In this document: positions 1 through 14,329 of the stretch, piece after piece
How positions within the stretch are numbered: the first letter of the stretch is position 1
Layout of the letters: every line of letters begins with the position of its first letter
Source of the DNA: Euprymna scolopes
Taxonomy: Eukaryota
Length of the DNA: 64,000 nt
Strand: one strand, 5' to 3'
NCBI GenBank assembly: GCA_053919585.1
Contig: CM132789.1
Notes under the pieces: model-generated
What the model saw: only the letters and a program-made list of their open reading frames with translations
Told to the model about the DNA's origin: nothing
Databases searched by the model: none
Position numbers and translations under genes: made by a program

Positions 1-1650
1 TGGGGTTACCTCTGGTAAATGGTCGTTATACAACTTTGTTGAGTGTCTATGCACCCACTATGGATGCAACAGAAGATGAAAAGGTTGCTTTCTACCTTGC
101 TTTGTGCAGTGTAGTTAGACGCATTCCCTCTGTTGATAAGATATTCATTCTTGGAGATTTAAGTACTAGGGTGACAAGAGATTTTGAAACCTGGGACGTG
201 TTGGGTAAACATGGAGTGGGCAAGTGTAATAGCAATTGTCTGATGTTGTTTCAGTTTTGTTCGGAGATGGGTTTTAAAATCAGTAACACCGTGTTCTAGC
301 AGAAGGGCAAATACAAGACGACGTGGATGCATCCTGGTTCCAAAATGGTACTTGATAGACTATGTGTTAGTCAGAAGATGTGAGATGAGGGATATCTGCA
401 GTGTTCGTGTCATGCGGGGTGCAGAGTGCTGGACCGACCATCGGTTGGTCCGTGCAACGATTAAGTGTGTTGTGAAGCCCGAGATCAGGGGAGCTAGTGT
501 GGCTATCCCAAAGCGACTTAATGTTGCCCGTCTAAAGGACAATATTGTGAGAGATAAACTATTTAAGGAGATGGAAGAGATTAATTGTGAAAATACTTGG
601 CCTGCTTTTATGGAATCTGTCTATGAGGTATGTGAGAGAGTATTAGGTTGTGAGCGTGAACATCAGGATTGGTTCAATGAGAATGCAAATGAAATTCAGG
701 CTCTGCTTGATTCAAAAGCCAGTGAATTCCACGCATATCTCAGGGGTGGTTTGATGGATGATGTGCAAGATCGATTGAGGGACAAGTTTAAGGCAATCAA
801 GCACGAGGTGAAGAGGAGTTTGCGTAAAATGCAGGACGAATGGTGGAGACAGAAAGTTGAAGAAATACAGCTAGCCTCGGATTCGAACAAAACCAAAATC
901 TTATACAGCCTACTGTCCGCGTTTTACGGACCATCCAGATCACCTATCACTCCTCTGCGCTCGAAAGATGGTGGGGATCTTCTTCGAGACCCTACCGACA
1001 TTATTCATATTTGGAGGGAGCATTTCGATGACCTCCTGAACAGACCTTCTTACGTTGATCAGGAGTTCGTTAGGTCGATCCCTAGCAATCCGGTCAAGGA
1101 TATCTTGGCAAAGGTTCCTTCTCTCCAGGAGGTTGAAACAGCTGTCCATAAGCTGAACAATGGAAAGTCTCCTGACCCGAATCGTTTGCATGCAAAGATC
1201 TTTAAATGTTCTGGACCCAAGATGATGCAACGCTTAGCGGAATTGTTGCAGACAGCTTGGCGGGATGTATTCCGCAGGATTGGCGGGATGCATTGATGGT
1301 AGTCCTATACAAGGGGAAGGGTAGCAGAGATGAATGTGGGAACTATCGAGGCATCTCTTTCCTGTCAGTAGTATGTAGGTGCTCGATCATGCTAGACATA
1401 ATGCTGGAGCATATTGCTGATGATGGTTTGCCTGAGTCGCAGTGTGGTTTCAGAAGATGTCGAGGGACAGTGGATATGATTTTTACAGCCAGGCAACTGC
1501 AGGAGAAATGTACAGTACAGCAAAAGGGACTGTATCAGGGGTTCATCGATTTAACTAAGACCTTTTATACAGTCAATAGGGATGCTTTGTGGGAGATTTT
1601 GAAAAGGCCTGGCTGTCCTGACAAGTTTGTAACCATCTTAAAGCTTTTGC
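1..1650 (+). mobile_element. Decayed RTE-clade non-LTR retrotransposon (APE endonuclease plus N-terminal RT), cut off at ~1650 by a Penelope-like insertion
   Basis: ORFs 36-299, 352-1296 and 1206-1697 carry RTE motifs SVYAPT, ILGDL, IDYVL, GAECWTDH, YKGKG..CGNYRGIS, PESQCGFR, DMIFTARQLQEKC and FIDLTK, with stops and frameshifts. Confidence 0.93.
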
Positions 1651-3448
1651 CATCCGGCCTTCATCAGGTAGTTTGTATCGAACTGAGGAACTGTTAGTAA
1701 GGAGTCTCGAACCCAACCCTTTATTATTATTACGGACTCCAGCTAGGCTCTGGGACATAGTTGCTGATTCTCTGTTTTGAATGTTACTTTTCACTGCCGT
1801 CGTTCAGAATTGAACTCAGCACCTTTGGGTAACTGTAAACTTTAATACAACGTCTAGAACCACTCGGCCATATATAACTAGGACAATTCTTAGTTGGTTT
1901 TTGTTAATGCTGTTATTCGACGTTTTCTCTCTCTATCAGAGGTGTCCAAATTGCATTCAACGCTATGCTTGGTTTGCTCAGTAGGTTGTTATGTCCGAGC
2001 ATGTGAGCTGTTTCTTTAAGTTTTCTAACTTTCCAGTGGGTCTCTCTGTTTTTTTTAATTTTTACTTCATCCCATAGGGGGCGATGGTACCCCCTCTCCA
2101 TCCAGACATGGTTGGCTATACCCTATTTTTCCGTATCCCCTTTAGTTACCGCTTTTCAGTGTTATTCCACCTTTACTTTAAGGGGGCGGCATGTTTCACC
2201 CTTGTAAACCTTTCTGCAACTGCATGGGATGGAGTATACGCAGTTCTTTGTAATGTTCCCCTCCATGCGGGGCTTCACTCGTACCAGGTGTCATCTGAGT
2301 CTTAGCTCGCTCTTGAATACTGTCCTGATGTTGTAGGGGGCACGTTATCTCTGAATCTTTTCGGAGATGCCTCGTATTTATGGTAGGCAGAACGAAGGAG
2401 GTTTTTGGATTTCAGTATCCTCTCTTATACTATTAACACGTCTGATGGATAGTATGCTATCGGGGTAGTTGTTACAACGGAGGGTATTCTTCAAGCTGAC
2501 CATTTCTCGGTGGTATGTAATGGTGTCGCTACTTATTGTCTCTGCTCGATGTTGTAAGCAGCGTGCGATTCCATGTTTGATACTCTATGGGTGATGGGAG
2601 TTGAAGTTAAGGTATTGTCTGGTAAAGGTAGGGTTGCGATATACGAATGTCTTAAACTCATTATCAGTGCGTCATATGAGTATATCAAGGAAGGCCAGTT
2701 GGTTATCTTTTTCTTTCTCCATTGTGAACTGTATCGATAGTCTTGAGTTCACATGGTCTAGGGCAGCCTGGATGTCTTCCTGATGGGGTCAGAGTATGAA
2801 GGTGTCATCAACGTATCTTAGCCACATGGTTGGATTTAAGGGAGCTGAACCTAAGGCCATGTCTTCGAAGTATTCCATGTATATGTTGGCCATCACTGGT
2901 GATAATGACGAGCCCATAGCTAGCCCCATCCTCTTGTCGATATAGGTCAGTACCCATTCTTAATTAAATTGTTTCTATGCAGAATGTCAGCATTTCCATT
3001 AAGTTTGGCAATGTGCGCTCTTCTATGGAGAGGTCCGCAGCTAGTTTGTCTTGATTTACTGCTAGTGCCTCACTAGTTGGGACTTTAGTGAACAGGCTAA
3101 CCACATCTAGGCTTACCCTTTAGTTTGTACTGATGGGTGCTCCCTTGATCAGTTCCGTGAAGTGGGCAGAATTCTTTACATGTGTTGCTGACTTGCCTGC
3201 TAAGGAGTTTATTATATCCACAAGGTACCTGCTCAGTGGGTGGCATGCAGAGCCTCAGCAGCTCACTAGGGGTCTGAGTGGAATACCGTGTATCTTGGGG
3301 AGACCGTACACATGTGGTAGCTCACTGTAATGCTGGACCAGATGTCTATATCTCACCGGAGCGATGTGTTCCCGTAATAATAATAAAGGGTTGGGTTCGG
3401 GACCCCTAACAAACGGCTCCCCAGTTCGATACAAAACACCTGATGAAG
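1651..3448 (-). mobile_element. 5'-truncated Penelope-like retroelement (RT plus GIY-YIG endonuclease) with an inverted terminal segment
   Basis: Minus-strand translation gives GLAMGSSLSPVMANIYME (~2880-2930), LRYVDDTF (~2800-2822) and a GIY-YIG C-terminus (..RKLKETAHM.., ORF 1913-2101); ~77-bp inverted repeat at 1659-1735 and 3372-3448. Confidence 0.92.
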
Positions 3449-3729
3449 ATATATAACAACTAGTCTACTATACGTTTACTATAAACAATTTTACTGAACT
3501 ATTTACGTGATTTTAACTGTGATGAATTCGATTTTGTAATAGTTAATTTTCTAACGCTATTCAGCTTATGCAAGTACTAAGTCTGTAACATGCTGAATGT
3601 AGTATTCATAAGAATTTAAAACTTCATTTAATTTTACTATGTTTTCGTATGCAATGTCCAAACATTTTTTCTTATTTTCTATCCCTTTTTTCTCTCCTTA
3701 CAATAAAAAGATCAACAAGAAAAAAAAAG

Positions 3730-3731
<2 letters not shown>

Positions 3732-3797
<66 letters not shown>
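3732..3797. repeat. (TA)n(TG)n microsatellite
   Basis: Direct reading; it produces the spurious YI/CV-rich ORFs. Confidence 0.98.
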
Positions 3798-3798
<1 letters not shown>

Positions 3799-4626
3799 TG
3801 TTTCAATATTTGTGGTATAATGAAAATGGTAGCTGTCTATTTGTAAATATTCATACAAAACTCGAGGGGAGGGGTGCGGCCTTGCGCGTTCGTAAAGTAC
3901 GCATAAATATGATATATTCATTTGCCCAGATTTTGTATGTTATTATGGAGTCGTGGTTTGAAAAGTAAAAAAAAATAAATATATATAGGAGTCATTAGCA
4001 AGAATCGAAACCGTATGCAAAACTGTAACATTCATAGTTGATGACGCTTTCACTGTACCAACGTGACACGCATGTAGGCTGATTTCAAATTAAAAATAAA
4101 CTAAGATGTATGTACAAAATGTATAACGATCCTTTCAATTTTGACCAATTTTTTACCCCTTCAAAATTATTTTGACCGCTTAACGATCCATAAAAGAATG
4201 GTCCGTAAAAAGTCCAACCATCTGAGGCACATAGTGCAGCTCCGCCATTTTTAATTTCGGAAGATATAGAGTTTGAAAATAAGGAGACAAACATGTAGCC
4301 TGTTATATATTAAATAAATATATGCAAACGGCCAAAATGTGGGATGGGGTTTATGTTGATATATCTTACTTGCGTTTTAACTTAACTAGTTTCTTTCAGT
4401 ATAATATCAGAATCACTCTCTAAATTCCTTTATCAAAACAAGAAATCCCAATATATACCTAATGTTGGAATTTAGTGTATGTATGTGCTATCTACAAGGA
4501 AATGAATTATATTTATAAAGAAGTTAGTATAAGAAATCCTTAGTAGAAACTAGAGTAGACAAGCAGTTTTGTTAGTCAAAAACTGATGTAGGATCTCTGA
4601 TCGCTAACACTCCTAAATGTGGACCT

Positions 4627-7360
4627 AGTTAGTTAGTTATGGTAGTCTATCCATGTGGATGACGATGTCTTCTTCATCATTTTTTCTATCTTTTATTTAA
4701 CTCTGTTACTACGCTGATGACTGTGAAGCCCGATGCATGATATATACTGCAGGAAGACATGATTTCGTGTTTGATAAGGAGCGACCGCCGCTCGCCGACG
4801 CTTGTAGCTACTCGCTCATGCTCGTTTTTGAAGCATGCTCACCCGTCTACCGCATATGGGGCGTCAAATACCTCTGTCCGCTGCCAAAGTCTCCAAAATA
4901 TTGAAGGGAATATTGCAGCTCTTGAGGGTAAGCTTGATGCAGTCTATGTAGCGTTTCATCAGGCAGCCGACGTTTCGTCGGCCTAGAATGAGCTGTCAAA
5001 AGAGAACAAAAGAGAACTAGCCGGTTTAAGGGAATCCTGGTGACGTGGCCCAATCACCGCAGCTGACGACGGATAAGGTGTGACTCTAGATGGGCAACTC
5101 CAGCTCTCCAGCGAATCTCTGAATGGAACACTTTGTGCCACCAATGGAGGCCGAGGATCTGCTGTAGTCGTCTGATGTGAAATCACTCAGCAGCCCGATG
5201 TGATGGCGACGGAACACATGCCTCGAAACCGTACAGGATAGTGAGTATGACGACTGAGTTGTACACAGTAACCTTTGTATCGGTACTGAGTGGCCAAAAG
5301 CAAAAGAGGCGAGAGTAAGGCGGCTCTCAACTTCATTGCTAAGGTCGCAGGCGAATGAGCGATTGTAGCCAAGGTATGTGAAGTTACTATTTTTTAGAGG
5401 GATACTGTTCACAATGAATAAGGGAGTTGGAGACACATTTGGCAGGATTTCTGTGGTGTTGATAAGAAGGCCAGCTCATTGGTAAGTGTTGGAGATCACA
5501 TCAAGGTTGTGTATAAGTTCACTATGTGTATTACTAAGGAATGCAGCATACTGCAAGTCGAAGTGCTTTGTAGAGATTTTATTGTTGACCTGAAGACGTT
5601 ACATGTTAAAGAGACGTACATCAAGACAGTACTGGACAGCAATGCCATCATAAAGCTGAAGGCCACGGCACGAAACTAATACGACGGAAACCAGGAACAG
5701 GTTGACAATGATCGTAGCCAAGATGCATCAGCAGTTCACACTGACGTTCGTAGCGAAAGTTCCGATTCTGCACCTGACATAGTAACACGAGCATGCATGC
5801 CAGTATGAAACTGCTGGAGGACCGACAAGAAAGTAGGAGGGCAACCAAACTTCCGGAGAATTTTCCATAACAGCTCATCCTTCACGGTGTCCAAGGTCTT
5901 GGTTAGATATACGAAGGCCAAATTGAGCTCACGATACTATTAGCGACACTTATCCTGGAGGAGACGAGCAACAAAAATCATATAAGTAGCACAAAGCTCT
6001 CGGCAGAAGCTAAATTGTGATTCTGGGATGATAAGATTTATAAGAGTCTCCAGAAGTCAGGTGAGCTTGATCTTTGCCAATACTTTTCCGGCCACAGAGA
6101 GTAGAGAGAGGCCTCGGCTGTTGCGACAGTCAGTGCGGTTACACTTACGTTTGTAAATGAGGATGGTGTTAACATCCTTCCACTGCAGTGAGAGGCACTT
6201 TGCTGACCAGAAATCCAGGATGAACCGGTGGAGACACAGGAGGATGTCAGTTCCGCTACACTTAAGAAACTAAGCATGTATGCTGTATGTAAGTTATCTT
6301 GTTTTTTAGGCTTTAAATACCGTCCTTCACTTCGCTGATGAGTGGTGGGTTATCAAGCACGGAGATGGATGGTAGTGTGGAAATCACCGACAATGGAGGG
6401 ATCGGTGGAATTTATCTTATGAAGCAGCTTCCAAAAGTGTTCAGTCCATATTTCCAGGTTATCGCTCTTCTCTTTGATGAGATCACCATCCTTGCTACGC
6501 ACATAATGCATGGTGCGTTACATTGGATCATCTTTACTGCCTGGTAGAAACCGCTGGTGTCGTCAAGGTCCGCACTGCTTTGGATCTCTCTAGTCTTATT
6601 CATCCATCGTTCATTTTCCTCCCAACGCAATTATCGCTGCACTATGGCATAGAGGGAGCAGAAATACTCGTGGAGTGTGGGAGATGCTGGATTTCTAAGA
6701 AGGGCATCATGAGCGGCATATTTCTCACATATAAGAAAACCGATGTCCCCTGCACAATCGGTGACCCAGTCGTTGTGCCATCTCTCAGAGTAGCCAAGGA
6801 TTCATTCTGAGGCTCCATGAAGAGCGGTTGTGATTGATGACCATTCTGCCATGAGGGTAGTAGTGGTCACTGCTGAGAGCAGCAGAGGTAGAGAGGGACG
6901 GCGATGGCATCACGAAATTTGGCTGCAATTGCTGGATCCCGCAAGAAGACAGGTTGAGTTGTCGTTTTGGCTTTTGCCGACGATCAGAAGGACGTACCTT
7001 TAGTCGGAGACGAGCAAATCAGATAGTATTAGTGAAGCATTCAGCACCAGGCATGGAACGAGGCAGGAGCACGTTATGCACATCATAGTTTCGGCCGATG
7101 ACGAAATCGATAAGGTGCCGGTGTTTGAAACTTGGATGCATTCGGAATGTATTGTACATGTCACGCAGCTAAAAGATGGTGTTGGTAATAGTGAGACCCA
7201 GCTTCGCACTGAGGGACAGAAGTCGATGTCTTTTTACATTTCCAACTCCATGTCGTCCAATGTGTCCTTGTCATATCTCATGGGGTTTGCCAACTCTGGT
7301 GTTAACATCGCACAGAAGACTGATATTATCGCTGTATGGGGTGTTCCCGATGGTAGCCGT
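4627..7360 (-). mobile_element. Decayed RTE (BovB-like) LINE with a (TAAC)n tail
   Basis: Minus-strand fragments: MAFVYLTKTLDTV..LWKILRKFGCPPTFLSVLQQFHTGM, FTYLG, EIQSSAD..GFYQAVK, GHVTRIPLNRL; short tandem 3' tail (tagttagttagtta on the + strand at 4626-4639). Confidence 0.9.
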
Positions 7361-7819
7361 GACCGTTTCATTGAAACGTGTCTTCACGTCTTCCTACATC
7401 TATGGAAGAACAACACATCCATCGCTTAAAAAAGAACGGGAATAAAGATGATCTAACCAAAAATGGGAAAAATGGATGTGAGCATCAAGACAAAAACCCC
7501 TAAAAACAAGCTTTTGACGTCATGTATACTCTAGCTAAGTTAAAAATAAGAAAATAAAAACTATATTTCGCCTACGCTAAACTAAACAGCTCGATACACT
7601 GTAAACGTGCGTTCAGGTTAACCAGAAATTTTCACGTAAAATACGTCTAAATATCACTCAAATTTAACTCATCTTTCTCGATACACACACGAAAAATTCA
7701 CTCAATGTTCGTTAAAATTTGCCGAATAAATTGTAACTTTCTCCAGTTTAATATGCATTTTCAGGTTGTATGTAAAAATGAGAAAAAATTTAGAGAGCAC
7801 TAAATATCTTATTTTATTA

Positions 7820-8640
7820 ATCTTAATTTTGTTGCATCGATGAAATCACGTCTCTCATAACAACTAGAAAGCAATAAAAAACATAACGTTGCTCTTTCCT
7901 CTCGGTCGGTATCCAGGTGTACGAGGAAACCGAATCCAGAACAATGAACTGCATGTTCCACATACGAACCATGAAGCCTTCAACGAACTCACGCAATAAG
8001 CGCACGATCGCACAGTTGACAAAATCATGATCGATATCTCCTTCGCAGTCTTTGCATCGGGCATAACTAGATATCTCTGTAAAGCCTGCAGCGTAGAGAC
8101 TTTTGCACACCAGGACTGGATTTTATTGACAATCAGGTAAGTGATGCCTCGAAATTGTCGAAGCAGCTCATCCTAGGCGTTCAAGGCCATAATTAGCGGC
8201 GCTTGCATGGATTCAGGTTACAAAGCTCCCAGTTTCACATGGCTTGCTTTCGCGCCAGAGAACTTAAGAAAAAACACTAGAAATACTATTAAGGTTTGCG
8301 GGAGTAGAAGCACGGATTAACGGTAAAGGATAAGGGTATAACTGTACGAATTGCACACCTTCGCTCAACCCTTCAAGGTAAAGTTTGTCAAAGAGCATAA
8401 ATTGGCCTGAACCGTTTCTAATATTCCGCCCAATTTTTCTCCAGCGACAGATCATACTAAACCAGACGCCGAGTATCTTGCAAGGCACTTGCGCCCAGAA
8501 GTGGTATCTCCTTCCACGCACCAATGGACTTGTCGCAGTTCATTTTGACCCTTGTCACCTTTTTATACCTTCTTATTTCCATATCGACAATTCTCGTCTA
8601 GATACCGCTCGTCAAAAGAACGGGCATGGTGCCGACATAG
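7820..8640 (-). mobile_element. L1/Tx1-like LINE ORF2 remnant (end of RT plus CCHC zinc finger)
   Basis: KILGVWF followed by a frameshifted LEKNW; C-terminal RCKDCEGDIDHDFVNC resembles the zf-RVT Cys/His motif; many stops. Confidence 0.65.
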
Positions 8641-8989
8641 TCCGAGTATTTAATCGACGTTGACACAATACAATTTTATGAAAGAACTGGATTCACCCTA
8701 AGCCTATAAAGTAAAGTTTCACCGCTATCTCATAGAATATCCTTCAAAGCGAACACCCCTGACGAATAGATCTGGATAAATAGAAAGTCATCGTTTTCAC
8801 AGCATTCACCTCCACTAGCTTGCGAGTTTTGCATACAAGAAGCGAAGCCAGGAACAAAATAAAGGACCTAACCCTGTTAAGGAAAGAACAGCCTTTTGGT
8901 CACGATGATCGACCATATCAAGAGTTTGGGATTGGTTTAAATTAATCAGCCCATCTTCAGTGTCATCTTTGTTATGATCAAGCGTATCA

Positions 8990-10330
8990 TGTGCAAGTTA
9001 TCTTAGATAGCCCGGCTGTTAATAGAACAAATCGATAACTCTCTTGTCGATGACAAACATAACCGAAATCAGAATTATATTGCAAATAGCATCACAGTAT
9101 ATAATTTATATTCATCAAATGGACACAAAAAATACTTATGTAAATGCTTCGATAGACTGTGAAATATACCTTACTCCTATGGAGACATCAAAAGTAAAAA
9201 TGAAAACTGGGTGTGGAAGGTTACTAAATCACTGTATGGGTTAAACCATTGTAGTAAAAATCAGAGTCAAATATTTCATAATTATTTAATGAACAAAGAT
9301 TTTTAACAATTCCCAATTGATCTATGTTTGTACACTCGCCCTGTAAACAATGAATTACTGATTTTAGTCTCATGAATTGATGATATTTCAATCGTGGCAA
9401 ATTGTGACGTAATGGTAATTAGTAGAAAAATGGATTTACTTTAAAAAATACAAAAATAAACTAGCCGCCCTTGATAATATATCATGGTTTCTGAGCTTAC
9501 AATTTTCCTATGAAATAAGAACGATTAAAATTAATCAACCGAGATACATTGACAAAATCCAGTTTAAGTTTGGGGTGCAAGATAACAAGAAACTCACAAC
9601 GGCAGTTTAAAATAAGATAAATCAATAATATGGATCCAGAAAATCAATAATTGAGGATAGACTATATCGATAATTGAGTATAAACTAAATCATTAATTGA
9701 GGATAAACTATATCGATAGATCATAGACATTTAGTGGCGCCTTTACGCCCCCGTAAATATTATACGGAAAAATATCACAAGAAATTTCATTACATAAACT
9801 AAAAGATATAAAAACAACTAAACAAGTTCTTCGTTATCTAAAATAAACTAATAGCCTTTAGTATTTCGAAAATCTACATATTCTCTAAACTAAGATGGGT
9901 TATTATATTCATATTATGGAAGCGTTAAAGATAAAAAATATATATAAATGGATACAGTTTGAGACCCACTTTTTTCTTGAAACTCTAAAAAGCAGAAAAT
10001 TGTAGCGCTTTTTATTTATAAAGTCGAATTTGTAGCACCCTCATATTCTGCTTAAGAAGGTCTAATAATATAATAATTATATAGATGGTTTTGAAAATCA
10101 AAATTAACAAAAGGCCCCGCAGTAATTAATAATAACGAAGCAATCGCAGTCTTGGCACAGAACTTCTTCAAAGAAATAAACATATTAAATAGAACTTCAT
10201 AAGAAATGAAGTAGGGAATAGTAGCATTATTAGAAGCTTCATAGAATAGGAGAAACAGTAAAATATTATTTACGAAAACGGTGACAAAAATAAAACACAA
10301 AAGCTTCGTGCTTAAAGTTGTTGGAGTTTA
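8990..10330 (+). mobile_element. Highly decayed Ty1/Copia RT-RNase H remnant
   Basis: IHQMDTKNTYVNASIDCEIY (Copia HQMDVKTAFLN), DLCLY, IDDISIV (YVDD position) and SKKQKIVAL..EFVA (RNase H motif, ~9980-10040). Confidence 0.85.
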
Positions 10331-12189
10331 ATTTTAAAGAAATTAATTGGCAGAAATCCGAATAAAAATTCTAATTAAAATTAAATAGGTAAGAAAAATG
10401 GAACAAAGACATAAAACTGCACCCATTCTGTCTTCATTAATATTTTATTAATATTCAAAATATATAAAATTGTTTAAACATTTAATTCATAAAAAAATCA
10501 CATATTTGAAAATAGTTTTTCTTTTTTTTTTACAAATGCATAATGCATTTGAATCTGTATATATGTTTATCTCTTTTTTGAACAGAATGCATTTTAAAAA
10601 TAGCTAATTTAGTACATATTCATGTATTTTACGTAGAAATAAAAAGGCTTTACTCTTTAAATTTTATGCTCACACATTATTTGATATTTAAAAACAGACA
10701 TTACTTCCCCGTTTTTATTTTTATGTTGTTTGTTTTATCCGATAATTTGTTCTTACACATTTTAAAACTAATTTGAAACTGCAGAAACATTTTTATGATA
10801 GGTCTTGCAATACCTTTGGCATAATAATAACAAAGCATATATGATTATCAAAACCTAAAAGGTTCTATTTAAAGACAGGGGATATAGAAACTGACCGATC
10901 AAATGGATCCATGCTCTGCTATCGATTAATCTGAAAACGGATCCACTCCACAAACATCTTTTAGAATTATCGTACGTAATTTGGGGGGCATGTGAGAAGC
11001 AATTTGTTCTTCGTCTGTAAAGAGTTATGATTCAACATTATAGGAACCATTTTTTAAAATATTCTTTTTGCTTCGAAAACTAAAATGACTTACAACTGTA
11101 ATACATACGCAAAATATACATATATATACATATATATATGTATATATATATGTGTATATATACATATATATACATACAAATATATATATATATATATACA
11201 TATATATTGCGTATATATAAATTAGAAACAAGAAGAGGAAATGATTCTTCATTCGGGTTAAATTCTCTGAACTATATGTATAATTATGGAATAATTAGAA
11301 ACGCCCGTGATATCAAATGCTCAATGGGAAGAAATATTAAGAGAACCATAAAAATCTGGGTCGAAAAAAGTCATGATAAGAAAAAAACGAAAGAGTTTTC
11401 ATCGATTATATATGTTTCTACCACTAAACTTGCATTGTCATAAGAAATTAAGCAAAATGAACATCTTTTCAAGCAGTATTATTTTGTCTATGATTCATCT
11501 TACATGTTATGATTATGATATTCCATTTACTACATGCCTGCCAAAAATGTCAAGCAGAGCTTATNNNNNNNNNNNNNNNNNNNNNNNNNNNNNNNNNNNN
11601 NNNNNNNNNNNNNNNNNNNNNNNNNNNNNNNNNNNNNNNNNNNNNNNNNNNNNNNNNNNNNNNNNNNNNNNNNNNNNNNNNNNNNNNNNNNNNNTTTATT
11701 GACGTTGTATCCTGCCTATTAGAGACATTGACATCTATGACTCTGCATCTATCTCTTTTCCTCGAGATATTCATGAATGTATTTTTGCTCATCATCAAGA
11801 ACCCCATTCACGCTCTTCATCAAAAGTGTTTCATGTATTGCCGAAGACATTATGTATTGGCGTAGACAGTATAGTGCAGTTCTTTTCTGTCCGATCAGTG
11901 CCCTTACTTTGCGATTGCCCTGATCATTGTTTCAAAAGAAATCTTCTACTCATTGCAACGAGACACACTCCGCGGACATAATTTTTCCTGATACCTTCTT
12001 TATAACATCAATTGTCTGCTTTCCATGAAATCACGTTACTCTGATGTGTGAGACGGTGAAGTACGTTTTAAATCGTGCACAAGATCTCTCACAGACTAAC
12101 AGATGGAAGGGAGCATCTTACTTTTTATTTATTATATTGCGTATTATACAGGCAATACAAAAAACTAGCGTTTCATTTAGATACATGCT

Positions 12190-13918
12190 TTTGCAGACAT
12201 GACTGATTTCCATGACCTTTTGTTTCTTTAAACCTTCCAAAATGTCCCTTCCATATAATATACTTTCTAGAAAGTTTTTTTTTTCAGAAACAATTCTTTC
12301 TTAATGAGTGAGCATGACTCAGGATTGAAAAATAATTCGTGCTAATGTTCGCTCCACAAGACGGGTTTTTTAAGGTGGTCAGTGATAGAAGACGCGTATG
12401 TATTGGAAATTGCGTCTGTTTTTTTGTATACCCCATTTCTGATTTTGGTATGCACGTGTTATTAGATTCTTCAATCCACTCTTAATGTTGACCCACACAG
12501 TTGGCGCTGCAACTACATTCAAAATTGTAAATTGCATTATTATTATGATGGAGGGGGTTAAACATCTTTTCGAGAAGATGGCATTAACGTTCTCATAGAG
12601 ACCACAACGCGTACATTTGAAGCAAATAACAATGTTGCACTGTTGAGCTGATTTGCTTTGCAAATTTCTCACTGCTCCAAGTTGAGGTAAATGCAGATAT
12701 ATTTGGCATTTATCAACCGTTAGAATTATAGTTACAAAGGACTCTGCTATTTTCCTCTGCATAACTGACCTAATAACATCCAATGGGCACCCATTTTTGG
12801 AGAGGGTGTCAGTAATTATTTTTAATTCCTCATCAAATTTTGATTTTGAGCGGATCATAAAGGCACGATGTGTTAGGGTCCAAATTAAATTTATTTTACG
12901 TTTTCGGGGGCAAAATGAATCTCAACGTATGCAAAGTCCCATGAACGTAGGTTTCCGGTATATTGATGTAAGGTAACTGGATGGTGTTTCGTTACCCATA
13001 TATCAAGGAAAGCTATGGACAAATTAGACTGCCCTTCATATGTGTACTGTAATGTCGGGGTGCATCTTATTTAGTAAGGAGAAAAATCATTTGCCTCTGT
13101 TTGATTGTTGAAGATGAAAAATTGTTTAATAGGTCTAGAGAGCAATTTCTCTTCATAGAAACCCACGAAATATTCGCCATTAACGGGCCCAAAACTGAGC
13201 TCATCGGCACACTTTCTATTTGCCGATACATTACATCGTTGAAGCTGAATTAAATTGATGTAGTGGCAAATTTCATCAGCTCAACGAATATACTTTCAGA
13301 AATTGGAGGAGGCGATATCTGACTACGATATATAAAATCTGTACAGTTATCTATAGTCTCTGAAATCGGGACGCAAGTAAACAGGTTGCTTACGTCGTAA
13401 AAACAGTTATTAACAATCTTGGACCGTTGAATAAAGTCTGCAAAATGAAATTAATCTTTCAAACAGTATTTACTGTAATATTTTAATACCAGTTGCAAAA
13501 TATTTAAGATCCATTTTGCAACTTTATGCTGTGATGACACTACCATAGACAAAATGGGGCTTAATGAAATACCTACTATATGAGTTTTCGGTAAACCATA
13601 CAATCTAGGGCGGATCGACCCTGAAAGCCCTTATCTCATTAGCTATATCCGATGGAAGTCCAGCACTCTTAACCCACTTGATGAATTTTTTTCGAAATTT
13701 TGATTCTAAAGAGGCTGTAGGCTCATGAGTTTCGACAGGGTTCACTTTTATAAATTTATCCGTGTCATTAAATATGGTAGACAATTTGTCGACATAATCA
13801 TGATGATCTAGTATTACAACTCCTGAACTTTTATCTGGTCTAGTAATAACTAACGATTTATTTTTCCGCAGAGTTTTAATAAATGAATTATGCTCTTTGC
13901 GCCATTTAAACTCTGAAT

Positions 13919-13921
<3 letters not shown>
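12190..13921 (-). mobile_element. Decayed Penelope-like element (RT, linker, GIY-YIG), bounded at its 5' side by a (TA)n tract
   Basis: LVITRPDKSSGVVILD (ORF 13605-14033), FNDVMYRQI..MSSVLGPLMANI, FDEELKIITDTLSKNGCP (ORF 12379-12858). Confidence 0.9.

Positions 13922-13990
<69 letters not shown>
13922..13990. repeat. (TA)n microsatellite
   Basis: Direct reading. Confidence 0.98.
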
Positions 13991-13994
<4 letters not shown>

Positions 13995-14329
13995 AAAAGC
14001 CTTTAAAAGCAGTCGTGTGTTAGTAAGTGCCATCTTTAGGGAAGGTAGCAGGGCAAAACATCCTTAAAAATTAAAATTTTGATGAAGTTCAAATCATATG
14101 TTTCAATTTCCTCAAGTACATTAATGGGATTAGTCCAACAGCTCTTAATTACACTCTATATACTGACAATATACGAGCCCCACATCTTACTGGTCCATTT
14201 GAACATAACCCATAAAAACTGAAAATACAATATCGTATTCAAATAAAATGTAATTCCATTATAAGTAAGACTCTTATTCACAGTTTGTAATATGATAAGT
14301 TCTTTTCGTTGTATACTGTTGTTGATCCT

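Noticed and set aside
3639-3968. ORFs with YI, CV, HT or poly-N runs (also near 11100, 19700, 39850, 47300)
   Set aside because: Translations of microsatellites
11373-11865. ORFs spanning N runs (also near 36750, 43600, 59010, 63100)
   Set aside because: Open only because assembly gaps contain no stop codons
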